Positions 1 through 12,280 of a DNA stretch of 64,000 bases are shown here, piece after piece. Numbering within the stretch: position 1 is the stretch's first letter; the number at the start of each line of letters is the position of its first letter. The notes beneath the pieces were generated by a model. The model was not told the origin of the DNA and did no database searches. It saw only the letters and a list, made by a program, of their open reading frames with translations. Position numbers and translations under genes: made by a program. The stretch spans positions 806,001 to 870,000 of the forward strand of contig JBLWGC010000230.1 of NCBI GenBank assembly GCA_048772705.1, written 5' to 3'. The DNA is from Leidyana gryllorum EB-2025a. Taxonomy: Eukaryota > Protista > Apicomplexa.

Positions 1-60
1 AGTACGTCACTCAAGGCGCCGCACGCGTTTGCACACACTTAAATCTACTTGAATGTTAGA

Positions 61-2602
61 TCATCTTGCCGGCACTGCACTACGCGCAGGCTTGACATTT
101 CGCTTCCGATGCAGCCGGACCGCCGGAAGGCAGCGTTTCAAAAAGCTATCATCTTCGGGCTTCTTTCGGACACAGCTTTCGCAGCTGGGAAGTTTGTGGT
201 CGGATGAAAGGTCGTGCGAACTATCGTCCTCTGATGAAGCACATGGCTTGGATCCTGCAGAAGTCAGTTCCAAGGGAAGAAAAATCGCCCACCTGCTGGT
301 TATCACCAATAAGGCGAGGGTTGAAAGTGAATCTTACTTCCGGGTACTGGCGACACGTGATGTGATGGGCCGTGCAGGCTCGCCAGATGGGTGTGATGCG
401 TATCGGTCCTCAAGAGCTTATTCACTTGAGGGGGCGGTGTGGTACCCGGCCCTGGGTTGTTGCCATCCAGGACGTAGTGGAAGGATGGAGCAACGGGGCG
501 GCTGCTCTGTCGGTGATGGTGAGCGCTGATGCCGTCATAGTTATTTGAGGGTTGTCCTCGAATAGCTGATTCGAACATAGTGTCATCACGGTGCGAGCCG
601 ACAAGAGCATGGAGCCCTGTGGGGTTGCTGAGGTCCTCCCGATGCTCTTCGTAAGTATAGGCTTGATGTGGTGACCGTGTGATCTTCTGAGAGGGCGTTT
701 TGTTGGTTCTTGTATTTGAAATGGCCAGACAGTCCCCATCCGTTGTCATGGCGCCGCCCTTCTGAAAGAGGGATGCAAAGGGGAATCTCCGATTAGATGA
801 CACGTTGTTGGGAGGGGACACATTAGCAGCAGCGGCCTACGTTCTTTTCACAAAGAAGGGGTAGAAGGACATACCGCAGGTTGCTGTTGTTTTATGGGTT
901 TGGTATTTTGGTTGGGAAGAGCGGCAGCTGCTGCAGCTGCTGCGGGGTAGCCCAGCTTGCGCAGCCTTCTGGCCACCTCGGCTCGGCTCGAAATGACAGC
1001 TACCCAGTCGAGGGTGTAATCTGCCTAGCGTGGAAGTGTCATCATAACCAGGGCTTCCCAGGTCAACAGACTAACCGCAATGTGTTCATGGAGGCGCACG
1101 GAGGACAGTAGGCGTCGTAGATGGTCATAGTCCGGGCTGTCAGTGAATCTGAGCGCATGGCAGTAGCGGAGATATGCGGCAAACTCTCCTGCGATAGATC
1201 AAGCGGCTTCTACTTGTTGCTGATCGGCGGGGACTCACTGGGTTGATTCTGACACAAAACTTCGACAGGCGTGCTCAGCTTCTTCTCCATGATCAGCTTG
1301 TACTTCTCCTGCTTTTTGGAAGCTTTTAGACCTTGCCACGGCAGGATGCCTCCTCGTGCAAAATAGAGCATGACGTAGCCTGCTGCTTCTAGGTCGTCTC
1401 TCCGGCTTTGCTCTGACGATAGTATGCGCAATAATGTAGCGTCCTCACCGATTCCGAGATGAGCGTTGATCGAGGCATACCGAGCAGTGCCGGTTAGGGA
1501 CTTGTCTTCTCGGTACGGGATGTGTTCACCCGTGCGGGGATCGCAGTATCTTTTCGCCAGGCCATAGTCGATCATGAAGACCTGCAGTCTGTCGCGTGTT
1601 GTACAAGTAGGCCGACTTCCTCACCGTCCGAGCCTTATCTCCGCGTCCAATCAGGAAATTCTCCGGCTTGATATCGCGATGAATGAACAAGGACGAATGC
1701 AAGTACTCTATGCGTCGGATCTGTCAGGTAGGACCACGTGGAAGTCAGCTTGACGTGCAGGCGAACACGAATGAGCAGTCTTTATTGTCACATACACCCC
1801 GGCCATGTGTTCACGTTTGTGTGTGTGCGTGTGTGTGTGGTGTGAAGTGGTGTTTGCGGCAGCGAGACGGGAGTAGGGTTTGACGGAGGTGTAGACTGGT
1901 GATAACGCTGACCATCTCTTCCACGACATAGAGAATAGTATTTAAGCTGAACTTGCGATTGCACAGACTGAACAGATCCTCCAGAGTTGGTCCAAGTAGT
2001 TCGGTGACCATGACGTTGTAATTCTCGGTGGTCGCTTCGTCATATGCCTTGTCTTGGGAGACGGAGGAGGTGGGTGGCTGTGCCGCGGCTGTCGAGTCCC
2101 CATGATGTTGCGAGGGGGCGGCTTTGTTGTAGCGGGAAGCGTAATTCTGTTGGTCGCCCAACACATTGGAGCTGCGTGAGTACATGGAGGAGTTAGTTGT
2201 TGACGTGACGGCAATCTCCACAACTCCCGAGTAAAACAACTGCGCCACGCCCTCTGTGATGGAGTTTCTGCTTAAGAACGTTGATTTGCTCACCTGCGCC
2301 CTGGAGACGCCGAAGGAGTTTGGCTTCATACAAGAGTTGGGGGTGCTTGGTTCGGCACTTTTCCTGTAAAGTGGTCGTAGCAGCACGTGCAGCAACGACT
2401 TGACTTACGAACTTGACAGCGGCCTCCCGTCCACTCTCTATGTGTGTGCCTGAAGACGCAGTCGATACAGGCGTCGCCTACCTCGGCACGTACCGTGATA
2501 GATCTCTCCGAAACTACCGCTTCCGATACGACGCCCGATACTCCAGACCCCCGCGATACTGAAGCCAGGCGGGAAGCGAGTAGAAGTGGTGGAGCTCGAC
2601 AT
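61..2602 (-). CDS. CK1: Casein kinase 1 family Ser/Thr kinase (multi-exon) with a long low-complexity C-tail
   Basis: Spliced translation gives [117 protein letters not shown] and [11 protein letters not shown] at 2602; the 3' end is uncertain. Confidence 0.93.
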
Positions 2603-2705
2603 ATACGACACGATATGAAGCTAAGCCAACATGCAGTGTGTGCTCTTGTTTTTCAGTCCGGCCTTGAAATCTCAACTGCACGCTCCCCATGTCTAAATTA
2701 TTAAT

Positions 2706-4573
2706 ATGGCCACGGCCCACGAGCTTGGCATCTCTGAACAGGAGTTCCAGGATGCCATAAACCTCGAGCGCCTATATGCCCTCGTTTCCGATAGCGGAAA
2801 TCGATGTACCCGCTGTGGCCGCAAGGTGATTTCTTCATCGCTTAAACATCGCCCCCCAGGGAATAACCCATGTCGACAGAGAGAGCATCGACTTGTTGTG
2901 TGCTAACTGTGCGCGCGATCGCTCATCCGCGCGACGCATCGGGGAATGCCGCTTCCGTCGCAATGAGTTGGACAAGTTCGAAAAGAAACACGGCCGATCT
3001 AATCGTAGAAGGTATATATCGGTCTCACCCGACCCTTCACACTCGCAATACTGTCTCACAGAAGCGCCGAATCGCCTAAAGCTGTTCGAGCGAGTAATAA
3101 CGACAATCGACGATCACGTAGAAGAAATCGTCGGAGGTCTGAAACAGAATCAGAGTCCTCCGTTACCGAGGACCTCGCCAGTAAGTCTACAGTATCAAGC
3201 GGCTCGGATTCCTCCTCGTATCACAAGGGCAAAAGCCGCTCCAAAAAGTAAGCAATCCCCCTCTTACCTCAGATCTGCCCTTCCTATCGCCCCCGCCCCC
3301 TACCATCCACACACTCGACTGTGTGCGATGCTTCTCAATGCTTAGCCCCTTTCTTTGGTCCCCCCGCACTGCTGTCTCGCACACATACGCCTTTCGTCGC
3401 TTAGGCACTCGTCGAGTCGGAGGAAAAAGGACAAGCGGACGAGAGAGAAGCCGAAAAAGGCTGATCAGGGGTGGTTGGATGAAGAAACTGACTTTGCTCA
3501 GTCCTCGGTACCCGCCACGCCAGTGGCTGGGATGATGGGACTCATGGAAGACATTCAGCGGAAACAGCAACAGCAGCCCTGGGGCGGCGGTTTCGCCGCG
3601 GGCTCGCCCCAGGCCGTGATGGCAGGCGGCGGCGGTTGGGCGGGCGGTCCGTCGCAAACGCCGAGCGCCGAGTCGCTCCACAACCCGTTCGGGGGCGGTG
3701 GTATGGCAGCCTCGTCCCACTTTGCTGCTCCGCAGCAGAGACCCCAGTTTCCGTCTGGCATGCTCGGGTTTCAGCCCGCTGGCGCCGGAAACCCTTTTGG
3801 AGGTCGCTCACAAATGGGTCAGCAAGGCCAACTTCCGCCATCCTTTGCAAACTCGCTGGCGATGAATCGGCCACGGGCTAATTTCCCCCAGAGGCCCATG
3901 TCAGCTCCCGCCCAACAGAGAGGATTCCAGCCCTCTCAGTTTGGCGCCTTTGGACAGCGGATGCAGGGCACCTCCTATCCGCGCCCACAAATGCAACAGT
4001 TCCCCGGCTCCGGCATGCAGCCTCACCCATCGATGCTTCAGCAACAACAGCAACAATTCCCGCGATCTCCCAACTATCCGCCCCAGATGGCTCCCAATCG
4101 TCCAAGCGGCTTTGCCTACGGCGGACAGCAGCAGCACTACTCCTCCCCGATGCCAATGTCGATGATGGGCCCGCAAGCAGCTGCTGCCAGTTTTGGGAGG
4201 GTGCGAGGGGGTATGCGACCCGCCCCGGCGTTCGGGAGTCCCCCCGGAATGCAACAGCCACAACAGCATTTCAGACCGGCGGCTACGCAACAAAATCGGT
4301 GAGTCATCTATCTCTGTGTGTGGGAGAGATCGATCGCTCGCCCGACTGTACATTGACTGACGTTTCTGCAGATGGCAGTTTCAACAGCAGCAGCAACAGC
4401 AGCAGCCACCCATGAGACTACCGCCTGGACAACAACAACAACAACAACAACAGCAATACGAGTCTGGTGGTGGGTTCGACGGCAACCCGAATGTGCAATC
4501 AGCTCAGAGCGTAAGGTGTACAGGGACGGGTTGGATACATATTATGGATATGTGGCAGGATTGGTGGTCTTAA
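2706..4573 (+). CDS. C4 zinc-finger (degenerate ArfGAP-like) protein with a Q/G/P-rich, NPF/FG-containing tail
   Basis: Exons join as SGNRCTRCGRK|SIDLLCANCARDR. The downstream low-complexity region has two NPF motifs, FG dipeptides and polyQ. Stop TAA at 4571-4573. Confidence 0.55.
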
Positions 4574-4585
4574 AAATTTCGTTTC

Positions 4586-7500
4586 ATGGGAGCCAAGCGG
4601 AAGGGACCGATAGATGACAACGGGCCGGCAAGGAAAGAGCTAAAGGTCACACCCAAGGACACCAGGCCAGAGAAGAATCCTTCTACGTGGTTCGAGATTT
4701 ATGTTGACGTTCAAGACCCATCCATCGCTTTGATCAGTGATGGTGACCTTTTTTACAGAGCCTTTTGGGCCTTAGAAAAAACCCTCAAGCGATCGAGTAC
4801 AGGACGCCATGCCCATCTCAAGAAGGAGGACTCCACCTGCAACTCGTGCAAGGCGTTACTCGACCCCTCATTCTGGGACTTTCTTTTGGAAGCCTTTGCT
4901 ATAATTCCCGTTCAGGCGGTCGTCAGTGTATTGTCAGCCTTTGGAGTCGAGATCACCACATTGATCGCCGGCCGCACAAACGGGTGTGTGGAACCACTGG
5001 ATGAATCACCCACGGCCCCCTTACGCAGTAAACTGCGAAGCCTCTTAGTCACTCGCTTGGCAGAGGCCGTCCAGGATGAGACATATGCGTTGCCTCATAC
5101 GCACCGCGTGAAGATCATTGATCTACTCACACACGAGGTGTTCGTCGACGAGTTTGCCCGCTCGGTACCCATTCTGGTCACACTCACCGAGAGCTGCTCC
5201 GTCAGTGTGGAAGCACAAAAACGCATTCTCGCGTTCCTCGGCGGTGTTGGCGCAGCGACGGCGAAAGGTGCTGAATCCCTCGTCGTCGCCGGGGCAGAAG
5301 AGCTGTTGGATCTCGCCGGCGCGGTCGTAGAGTCCCGAACCCCCGCTGGCCGATGGGTCCACTGTGCCCAAGACGCCCTCCCAGAGGAGTTCCTACAAGT
5401 TGTCACCGAGTGTATCGTGTTGTCCGCGGGGAATCTAAAGGCGTTCCGTTTTATGTTGTCCTGTTGTTTGGCCCGAGCTGTGAGTTTGCTGACGGCGGCG
5501 TTGAAGCCTGGCCAGCCGGCCTCCAGAGTGTGCGAGAACGCCCTCTCCTTACTCCCGTGGCTCGACGAGACGCGGATGAAAAGGAAATTGGGAAAGCTCA
5601 ATCGCCTTTTGTTGGAATCGACCATTTGGCACCGTCTGAGCATTGCGGGAGCCCTCCGGATAACCGATAGAAAGGAGTTGGAGGACCGTTTCCGCAAATT
5701 CCTCAAGTCGTGTGATCACGAGATACTCAAATCCAAACTCGTCTCCTCCTCTTCTCCTCAAAAGGGGACCGCCGAGCGCGTTGACCTTTTGTTGAACTCT
5801 TTGACATTGGCACTCGATCAAATCCCGTCCGACTTTGACGCCTTAATGTTGCGGTTCGCTCCCCTCTGTCTCACCTACTCGACGACAGAGGACGTACGAG
5901 ACCGTTTGACTCGATTCTGGACGGTGTGTATGCTGGCGGCTCTGAAACTTAACGACGTCAAAGCCTTCTGGCAGAACGTCAATACTCTTCTGCGATCGCT
6001 GGACGGATCTGTGATCGATGAGAAAGATCGCTTTGTCTGTGATGACTCTAATCTCCTGAGTTCGATCCAAGATTTGGGCCGTAACACTATCGTTGGTGAA
6101 CTCGACATTGTGGCTGCGGAGCTGTCGAAACTTTTGAGAACGATCGTCTCATTACCTAAGAGTTTGCGTCACGGACTCTTACGGTTTGTGGGACATTATA
6201 TTCAAGGCGCCTATGTCGATGCCCATCGTCCGGTCCCCACCGCACTTCAAGACGATTGGCGGTCGTGTCTCAAATCCATTGCTGAGGACTTTACTCCACT
6301 CAAAGTGGTCACCACTGTTCCCGGGCAATCAAACACTCTGCTGTCGCTCCGAGTGACACAAGCGTGCGATCTCGGCGAGTTGGCGGCTCTGATTGCAGAG
6401 TACGCAGTCAAAGTTCGTATCAGTCGTGAAGGATTGGCCATGTCCACTGTGACCATTACCCCAAAACCATCTGAGCTTCTGCGTCCCCATATGCACCCGG
6501 ACGATGTTGGCTTGTTGGAGACTTGGATAACGATCATTGCTCGAGACAAAGTGTCAACTTATGCCGAGTTGCGCGCTCTCACAGCTCTCTGTGCGGTCCT
6601 CGAGAGACCCATAGACAGTCTGATTTCCCCCAACATTGACGACGCCATAATCGCTGACTCCACCTGGCCAGACGGTGTTGTGGAAGTGTGGGCCCGGCTC
6701 ACTTCCCTCAAACAATTGACGCGTTGCATTGTCAAAACGGCTGCCAACACTCCCAATAAAGTCCCCAATCTGTTCAATCAAATCCTAATGGCCTTCGGGT
6801 TCGTCGAAGCTCGAGTTGTCAGACTCGTGGAGGCTCTGCTGAAAACGTGCACTCGACTTCTGACAATGAGTAAAGATTTGGCGGCTGTAAAAGTGGCGTC
6901 AGTTATTGTGCGGTCAGTGCAATCCGCACCGTTCCTCCACACTGTGATCGGCGCCCAGGAGCTCGCCGAGGCCGTCATCACGGTGTTGGACGAGAACGCG
7001 ACTGAGACACAACCCCAAGACATGGAGGACATTATCGATGGACTCGCGAGTGTTGCCGAATTGCCGAACCTCAAAGCTGAGGTGATCAATGAGGACACTT
7101 TCTCCCGTCTGATATCCAATCTCGTCGTGATGTGTCCCGAGACCCAACTGAAACCGTTGTGGAACGTTCTGCGATTACTGTTCCAAATCGGCGAATGGAC
7201 CCCCAAAATGCGAAACGGCCTCCGCGATAAAATGTTAGAAGACTTTGCTGTACTGTGTGATCACGACGACAGTGGCGATAACTGGGCTGAGAACCGCTTG
7301 CGACTACTCGAACTCTCCTCGAAATCGATCCTCCGAGTTGACGCAGACGACGATGAGGCGCCTGCGGCGGAACCAACAACAGCGGCTGTCCCAACGTCGA
7401 CCGCGACGGCGGAGGAAGCTGAGGATGATGAGGGAGCGCCAGAGATGGGCGATGGAGAAGAGAGCGTGATGGATATTGGTGGAGGTGCAGCAGCAGAACC

Positions 7501-8374
7501 AATTACTCAGACCGGCAGCAAGGAGGAACGGGCGCGGGCTTTGGCTGCTGCTACGGCAGAGGTGGAGAAGTGTTTCACATCTGTCGGAAAGATTGAGGAG
7601 GAGAGTTTGGAAACGTTGTCAGGACGCGTTGTGGCTTTGAAGAATCTGTGGAACGCTCGGCGGGCTGTGTTTTTCACCAAGCTGACCTCGAGTAGCGGGA
7701 CGTGCGAAGTGATCAGTTTGGTTGGGTATATAATGAGAGCAGTGGGCGCGAAAGCAATGTCGCTATTGAAGGGTGGCAACGCTCATCAGGGCGGCAGATT
7801 GTTTGGACTCGGCATTCTGGTGAATGATGTTCTGGTGTTGAGCCGGTTAGTGTTGAGGGGATGGCAGGAGCGCTTGAAACAGCGTCAAGTGGCTCGGGCG
7901 ATCGGGCACTGGAAGGCTGTTGGTGATGTGATGGTGGAATACTGCGAGGAGGTGGCACGGATGTTAGAGGTCAGTTGTGGTGTCATCACAGCGTGGTACA
8001 AAGAGCGGAGGCTGCAACGGCGCACGCGTTGTCCGTTAGCGCTGTGCACTACAATGTTGAAGGTGGCCGCCTCGTTGATGGACGTTCCCTGGGAGGTGCC
8101 TCAGTGCGGTCCGCAGTATGCGAAGAATGTGGTTGCGGCGCATTGTGGGACTATAAATCAAAGTGTTGTTCTGGTAGCACATGCATTTGTTGCGACCGAG
8201 ACCGGTCGCGAAAGGGTGGCTTTGGCTCAGCAACTGCTGGTGTGGACTAACAAACTGAGGGACCTTGAACGAGGAGACCACGCGATAGCAAAGCTGATAC
8301 GCGGTAGTTTACGCAAGTGGAGCAGTATACGAGACATAAGTTGGCCAGCACAAGATGAGGAGGAGGGTAAGTGA
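4586..8374 (+). CDS. Large intronless hypothetical protein (1262 aa), Leu-rich alpha-helical, with a basic N-terminus and an acidic loop
   Basis: Single 3.8 kb ORF with protein-like composition; N-terminal MGAKRK may be an NLS; no recognisable family motif. Confidence 0.8.
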   Translation: MGAKRKGPIDDNGPARKELKVTPKDTRPEKNPSTWFEIYVDVQDPSIALISDGDLFYRAFWALEKTLKRSSTGRHAHLKKEDSTCNSCKALLDPSFWDFLLEAFAIIPVQAVVSVLSAFGVEITTLIAGRTNGCVEPLDESPTAPLRSKLRSLLVTRLAEAVQDETYALPHTHRVKIIDLLTHEVFVDEFARSVPILVTLTESCSVSVEAQKRILAFLGGVGAATAKGAESLVVAGAEELLDLAGAVVESRTPAGRWVHCAQDALPEEFLQVVTECIVLSAGNLKAFRFMLSCCLARAVSLLTAALKPGQPASRVCENALSLLPWLDETRMKRKLGKLNRLLLESTIWHRLSIAGALRITDRKELEDRFRKFLKSCDHEILKSKLVSSSSPQKGTAERVDLLLNSLTLALDQIPSDFDALMLRFAPLCLTYSTTEDVRDRLTRFWTVCMLAALKLNDVKAFWQNVNTLLRSLDGSVIDEKDRFVCDDSNLLSSIQDLGRNTIVGELDIVAAELSKLLRTIVSLPKSLRHGLLRFVGHYIQGAYVDAHRPVPTALQDDWRSCLKSIAEDFTPLKVVTTVPGQSNTLLSLRVTQACDLGELAALIAEYAVKVRISREGLAMSTVTITPKPSELLRPHMHPDDVGLLETWITIIARDKVSTYAELRALTALCAVLERPIDSLISPNIDDAIIADSTWPDGVVEVWARLTSLKQLTRCIVKTAANTPNKVPNLFNQILMAFGFVEARVVRLVEALLKTCTRLLTMSKDLAAVKVASVIVRSVQSAPFLHTVIGAQELAEAVITVLDENATETQPQDMEDIIDGLASVAELPNLKAEVINEDTFSRLISNLVVMCPETQLKPLWNVLRLLFQIGEWTPKMRNGLRDKMLEDFAVLCDHDDSGDNWAENRLRLLELSSKSILRVDADDDEAPAAEPTTAAVPTSTATAEEAEDDEGAPEMGDGEESVMDIGGGAAAEPITQTGSKEERARALAAATAEVEKCFTSVGKIEEESLETLSGRVVALKNLWNARRAVFFTKLTSSSGTCEVISLVGYIMRAVGAKAMSLLKGGNAHQGGRLFGLGILVNDVLVLSRLVLRGWQERLKQRQVARAIGHWKAVGDVMVEYCEEVARMLEVSCGVITAWYKERRLQRRTRCPLALCTTMLKVAASLMDVPWEVPQCGPQYAKNVVAAHCGTINQSVVLVAHAFVATETGRERVALAQQLLVWTNKLRDLERGDHAIAKLIRGSLRKWSSIRDISWPAQDEEEGK

Positions 8375-8493
8375 CCATTATTTAGTTGTCTTGAGATCAA
8401 TACTGCTTCTGTCGCAGCTGAATTGCAGGAACACGCTCTAGCAGTGATCCACAACGCTTGTAAAGTCAGAACAAATTAAGAGAACCCCATTCT

Positions 8494-9409
8494 TCAGGGG
8501 GCCGGCAACCAGCTGGGGAGCTGAGGGAACGAAGGGGGCACCAGATTCTGCTTCTGCGGAGATTGAAGAAGAGTTGAGACACCAAACCAACACTACTCAC
8601 CTTCCTGTATTTGTCCGCGTCCTCTATTGACTCAAAGTGGTCAACTAACTTTCCCGATTCCCAAATTCCTGCGCGCTCGGCATTGGGAGGAAACAGCCCT
8701 GCCACCCTTACCGTATGAAACATCACCGTCGGGAAAGGTGTAATAAACGAAGCCGTGACGGCAGTTGTTCTTCCACCATCCGCGATAATGACCCCCACTC
8801 GGGAACACGTGCTCGCCATAACCGTCCTTTTTGCCCTGTGTGTGCGAAACAGAAAGTGTGTGGAACACATCACGCGCCTTACATCCTTCCACTCTCCAGT
8901 GTATCGCTGTCCATCAGGCCACGTCTGGATGCCAAAACCGTTCTGAGAGCCGTCCTTCCACTGGCCCGTGTAAACCTCGCCGTTAGCCCAGGTGTATCGG
9001 CCCCATCCCTCAAACTTGCTCTCTTTGAACTCGCCATCGTACGTTTCGCCGTCAGCGGTACGGAATCGTCCGCGACCGTCCTTCTTGTCGTCACTGCCCG
9101 ATCACCGATCCACAAAACGACCGCCCCATCAAACAAACTCACGTGTAGTTGCCCTCAAAGTAGGCGCCATCGGCGTAAGAGACCTTCGCTTTCCCGTGTT
9201 TCTTCCCATCTTTCATATTTCCATCAAACCTGATGAGAGATAGATTGATTAGCAGCAATGAAATACAACTCAAGACCCCACTTGGTGCCATCCGGACGCT
9301 CGTATCGAGCGGGACCGTTGCGTGGTTTCCGCTGCGGGCTGCCTGCATTTGAGACTTTAGCGCCTCCTTTGGCTGGCGTGCTGCTGGTGGTGCTCTCCAC
9401 AAGAGTCAT
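8494..9409 (-). CDS. MORN-repeat protein (paralogue C)
   Basis: FDGNMKDGKKHGKAKVSYADGAYFEG, GKKDGYGEHVFPSGGHYRGWWKNNCRHG; last exon KQNLVPPSFPQLPSWLPAP*. Confidence 0.85.
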
Positions 9410-9495
9410 ACTATCGGTCGAAAAGAATTCTTTCTATCTCAAAGGTGACAACCACCCTCACTGTACCCTAGCGACGCACACAATGACGAAAACGG

Positions 9496-10522
9496 CTACT
9501 TCTTTGCAGTCTGTGAGTTCTTGCCCTTGCAGGCCTTGCGGTGAGCCTTCTCCAGCCAGTCCGGTATGGTGGGCTCTATCAGTTGGGGCACTGGTTTCTG
9601 CAGCAGCAGCAAAGTTGAACCGCGACCCAATACAACACTCACCCGCATACTGCCCTCAGCTGCCTCGACCGTGTCGAACTCCTTCGTGCACGTAGAGTTC
9701 CGCCAAAGCCCTAAAGTCGTCAACACCGAATTGTGTCCTCCTGATCGATCAACCTACCAATCCTTTGCCTTCCAGAGGCAAATGTGTAGACACCGAATTC
9801 ACATCTCTCGTCCCGAACCCACATGCCCTCAAACCGATCCCCATTCGGGTAACTCAATATGCCAAACCCCTGGCGTTTACCCTGCAGACTTTGTGTGTAC
9901 ACAAGCGAGAGATCCGGACCTCTCCAACCAGCAGTCAGCTCGCCACGAACCCACCCGCCGCGAGAACTCATTGATTACACACCTTGTACCAACCGCCGCG
10001 ATAGATCTGTCCACTCATCCACACCATAACACCGTAACCGTGATGCTTGCTCTTAGACCATTGACCCAAGTAAAAACTCCCATCCTCCCAAGTGAAATGA
10101 CCCCAGCCTGCGCAATACAACCAACAATCTTCGACACTCAACAAGCCCCTCACCTTCAAAAGAAGAACCTTGAAAGTCACCTTCGTACACTGCTCCAATG
10201 GCGAGTGACAGCTTGCCTCTTCCGTGACGCTCATCGGCTCTAATCAGAACCATACGCCCACACCATCACTCACTCCCCACTCACTTGTACAAGCCCTCAA
10301 ATACGTTGCCGTTGGGATACTTCATTGTACCGAAGCCGTTCTTCTTGTAGTCTTCGACATATCCTGAGTACCTGCCCAGCTACCAACTCCAGCGTCCCAA
10401 CTTCATGTCACTTACACAGCCCCGTTCTTCCGTGTGAAGGTTACATAGCCCTTCTTGGGGTGCAGAACTGTGCGAGGCAGCTTCTTCTCATCAGACTCTT
10501 TCCGGCCCTTCGTCGTCGACAT
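9496..10522 (-). CDS. MORN-repeat protein (paralogue B)
   Basis: GWGHFTWEDGSFYLGQWSKSKHHGYG, GKRQGFGILSYPNGDRFEGMW; ATG at 10522 (MSTTKGRK). Confidence 0.85.
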
Positions 10523-10657
10523 TGACACCAATGTGATAAAGTAGGAAACAGCCTCTCAATACAATTGCTTTTACCACCACTGTCTATCCGTCATATAGGG
10601 GAAGGGTGTTCTTTAGGACTACCGCTTTGATTCTACGCAATACGATCGATCTACATT

Positions 10658-12087
10658 TCAATCTGCCCCCGAGCCAGGACGGGCCAACTGCTTGCTTCCT
10701 CCACCATTACCGCCAGATTTTGCGTTGCCCTCTGCATTCTTCAACTGCTCTTTCTCCTGCTCCGTCAGCGGCTCAGCACTCAGCCACTCTGGGAACTCGG
10801 GAGGCGTAAACCCTTCCGGGGTATCGGTTTCCTGCTCAACAAGTCATGCCGCGCCCACCATCACCAAACTCTTTCTTACCCTCTTAAATGCTTCCGCTTC
10901 TTCCTCGGAGGTGAACCACTTAATACGGCTGCCATCACGCCAGACACCCTTCCGCTCTTCACCACTTGGATGATGAAAGATGCCAAAACCATTCTGCTTG
11001 CCGTCCTTCCACTGTCCTTTGTAGGCCCGCCCATTGTTCCAGTAGAATTCGCCATAGCCTTCTTTCTTGTCCTGCAATCCACAAAGAAGGTGATCGGGGG
11101 TGTCTAGGGATCCCCCACTCACGTGATCATATTGTCCTTTGTAAGTTCTTCCGTCGGGCCAATGAAAGACACCATAACCATGCATCCGGTTGGCTACCCA
11201 TTGTCCACTGTAAACTCGCGCATCCATCCAACAGTAACGACCCCAGCCTGCACTCGGATCGAAGGCCGCCCGCCTTCACTCAACCTACCGTGAATCTCAT
11301 TATTGTGAAGCTCGCCATCATACGAAGAACCGTCCGGCCACCAGAACTTGCCACGGCCCTCCTTGTTACCATCTCTATGGCGTGATCACCAGCGTGATCT
11401 CAACGAATCACTTACACGTAAGTACCCTCAAATCGCGAGCCGTCAGCCCATGACTCCTTGGCCTCGCCATGTTGTACATCATCTTTCCAATGACCTTCAT
11501 ACTGCGATCCGTCCTTGTGCTTCAGGATTCCGAACCCGTTGGCTTTGTCGTTCTCCCAATTGCCCTCATACCGATCACCATCAGCATGTTGGAACACACC
11601 GTACCCTGCAGAAATTCCTCACATCCCACACACAATACTCACCACACGCGCTGCCATCCTTCCACTCGCCGTCGAAGTAGGCACCATCGCCCCAGACTTG
11701 CTTGCCCTTGCCGTGCTTCTTCCTCCCCTATCAGTACACCATCACAAAGCGGTGTGAGGGTGGAAAACTAACCTTCCACTGACCGGTGTATGTCACGCCG
11801 TTCTCCAATGTAACTGTAGGATGATCGACGATCGGAGCATCTGGGTCGTCAGCTACTCCTTTGAGCTGATTTTCTTGTGGATTGGCAGACATCAGATACC
11901 CAGCTCTGACTTCCTTAATCTGGGCAGTGGTAGCGGCATTGCCCTGCGGAGAGCGTGTAGACCATCATGTGATGTGCTGCTGTACCTTCTTTCGTTGCGG
12001 CATTTGCATGTAATCATCAGCAGAATCGGTGTTGTACGACTTAGCCCGGGTGTGGACATCCCCAGATTTGCTGGTATTGCAGCCCAT
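10658..12087 (-). CDS. MORN-repeat protein (paralogue A) with an N-terminal myristoylation/palmitoylation motif
   Basis: Starts MGCNTSKSG; repeats include YEGNWENDKANGFG, YSGQWVANRMHGYG and YKGQWKDGKQNGFG; stop TGA at 10658-10660. Confidence 0.88.
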
Positions 12088-12280
12088 ACTGAATTGCGGC
12101 TCAAAACCCTTGCTGTCCGCTGTTCTCTCAGTACCCAAAAATCTGATCCTTCCGGCCCTGTCGGTGTCTCAAACTAATGCAATGAATGGTCTCCTCTAGC
12201 GTTCGAGCATCTAAATTGAGTCCCGCAGAGTCCGTCTCCACGTGTGCACACGATTTCCGAGTGGCGCCGAACATGAGGTG

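Noticed and set aside
4740-4800. GDLFYRAFWALEKTL resembling a THOC1/Hpr1 motif
   Set aside because: It is a single short match at the wrong position, and no other THOC1 features were recognised.
5095-7779. Many 70-200 aa antisense ORFs opposite long genes, here and throughout the window
   Set aside because: These are expected shadow ORFs of GC-rich coding sequence and carry no motifs.
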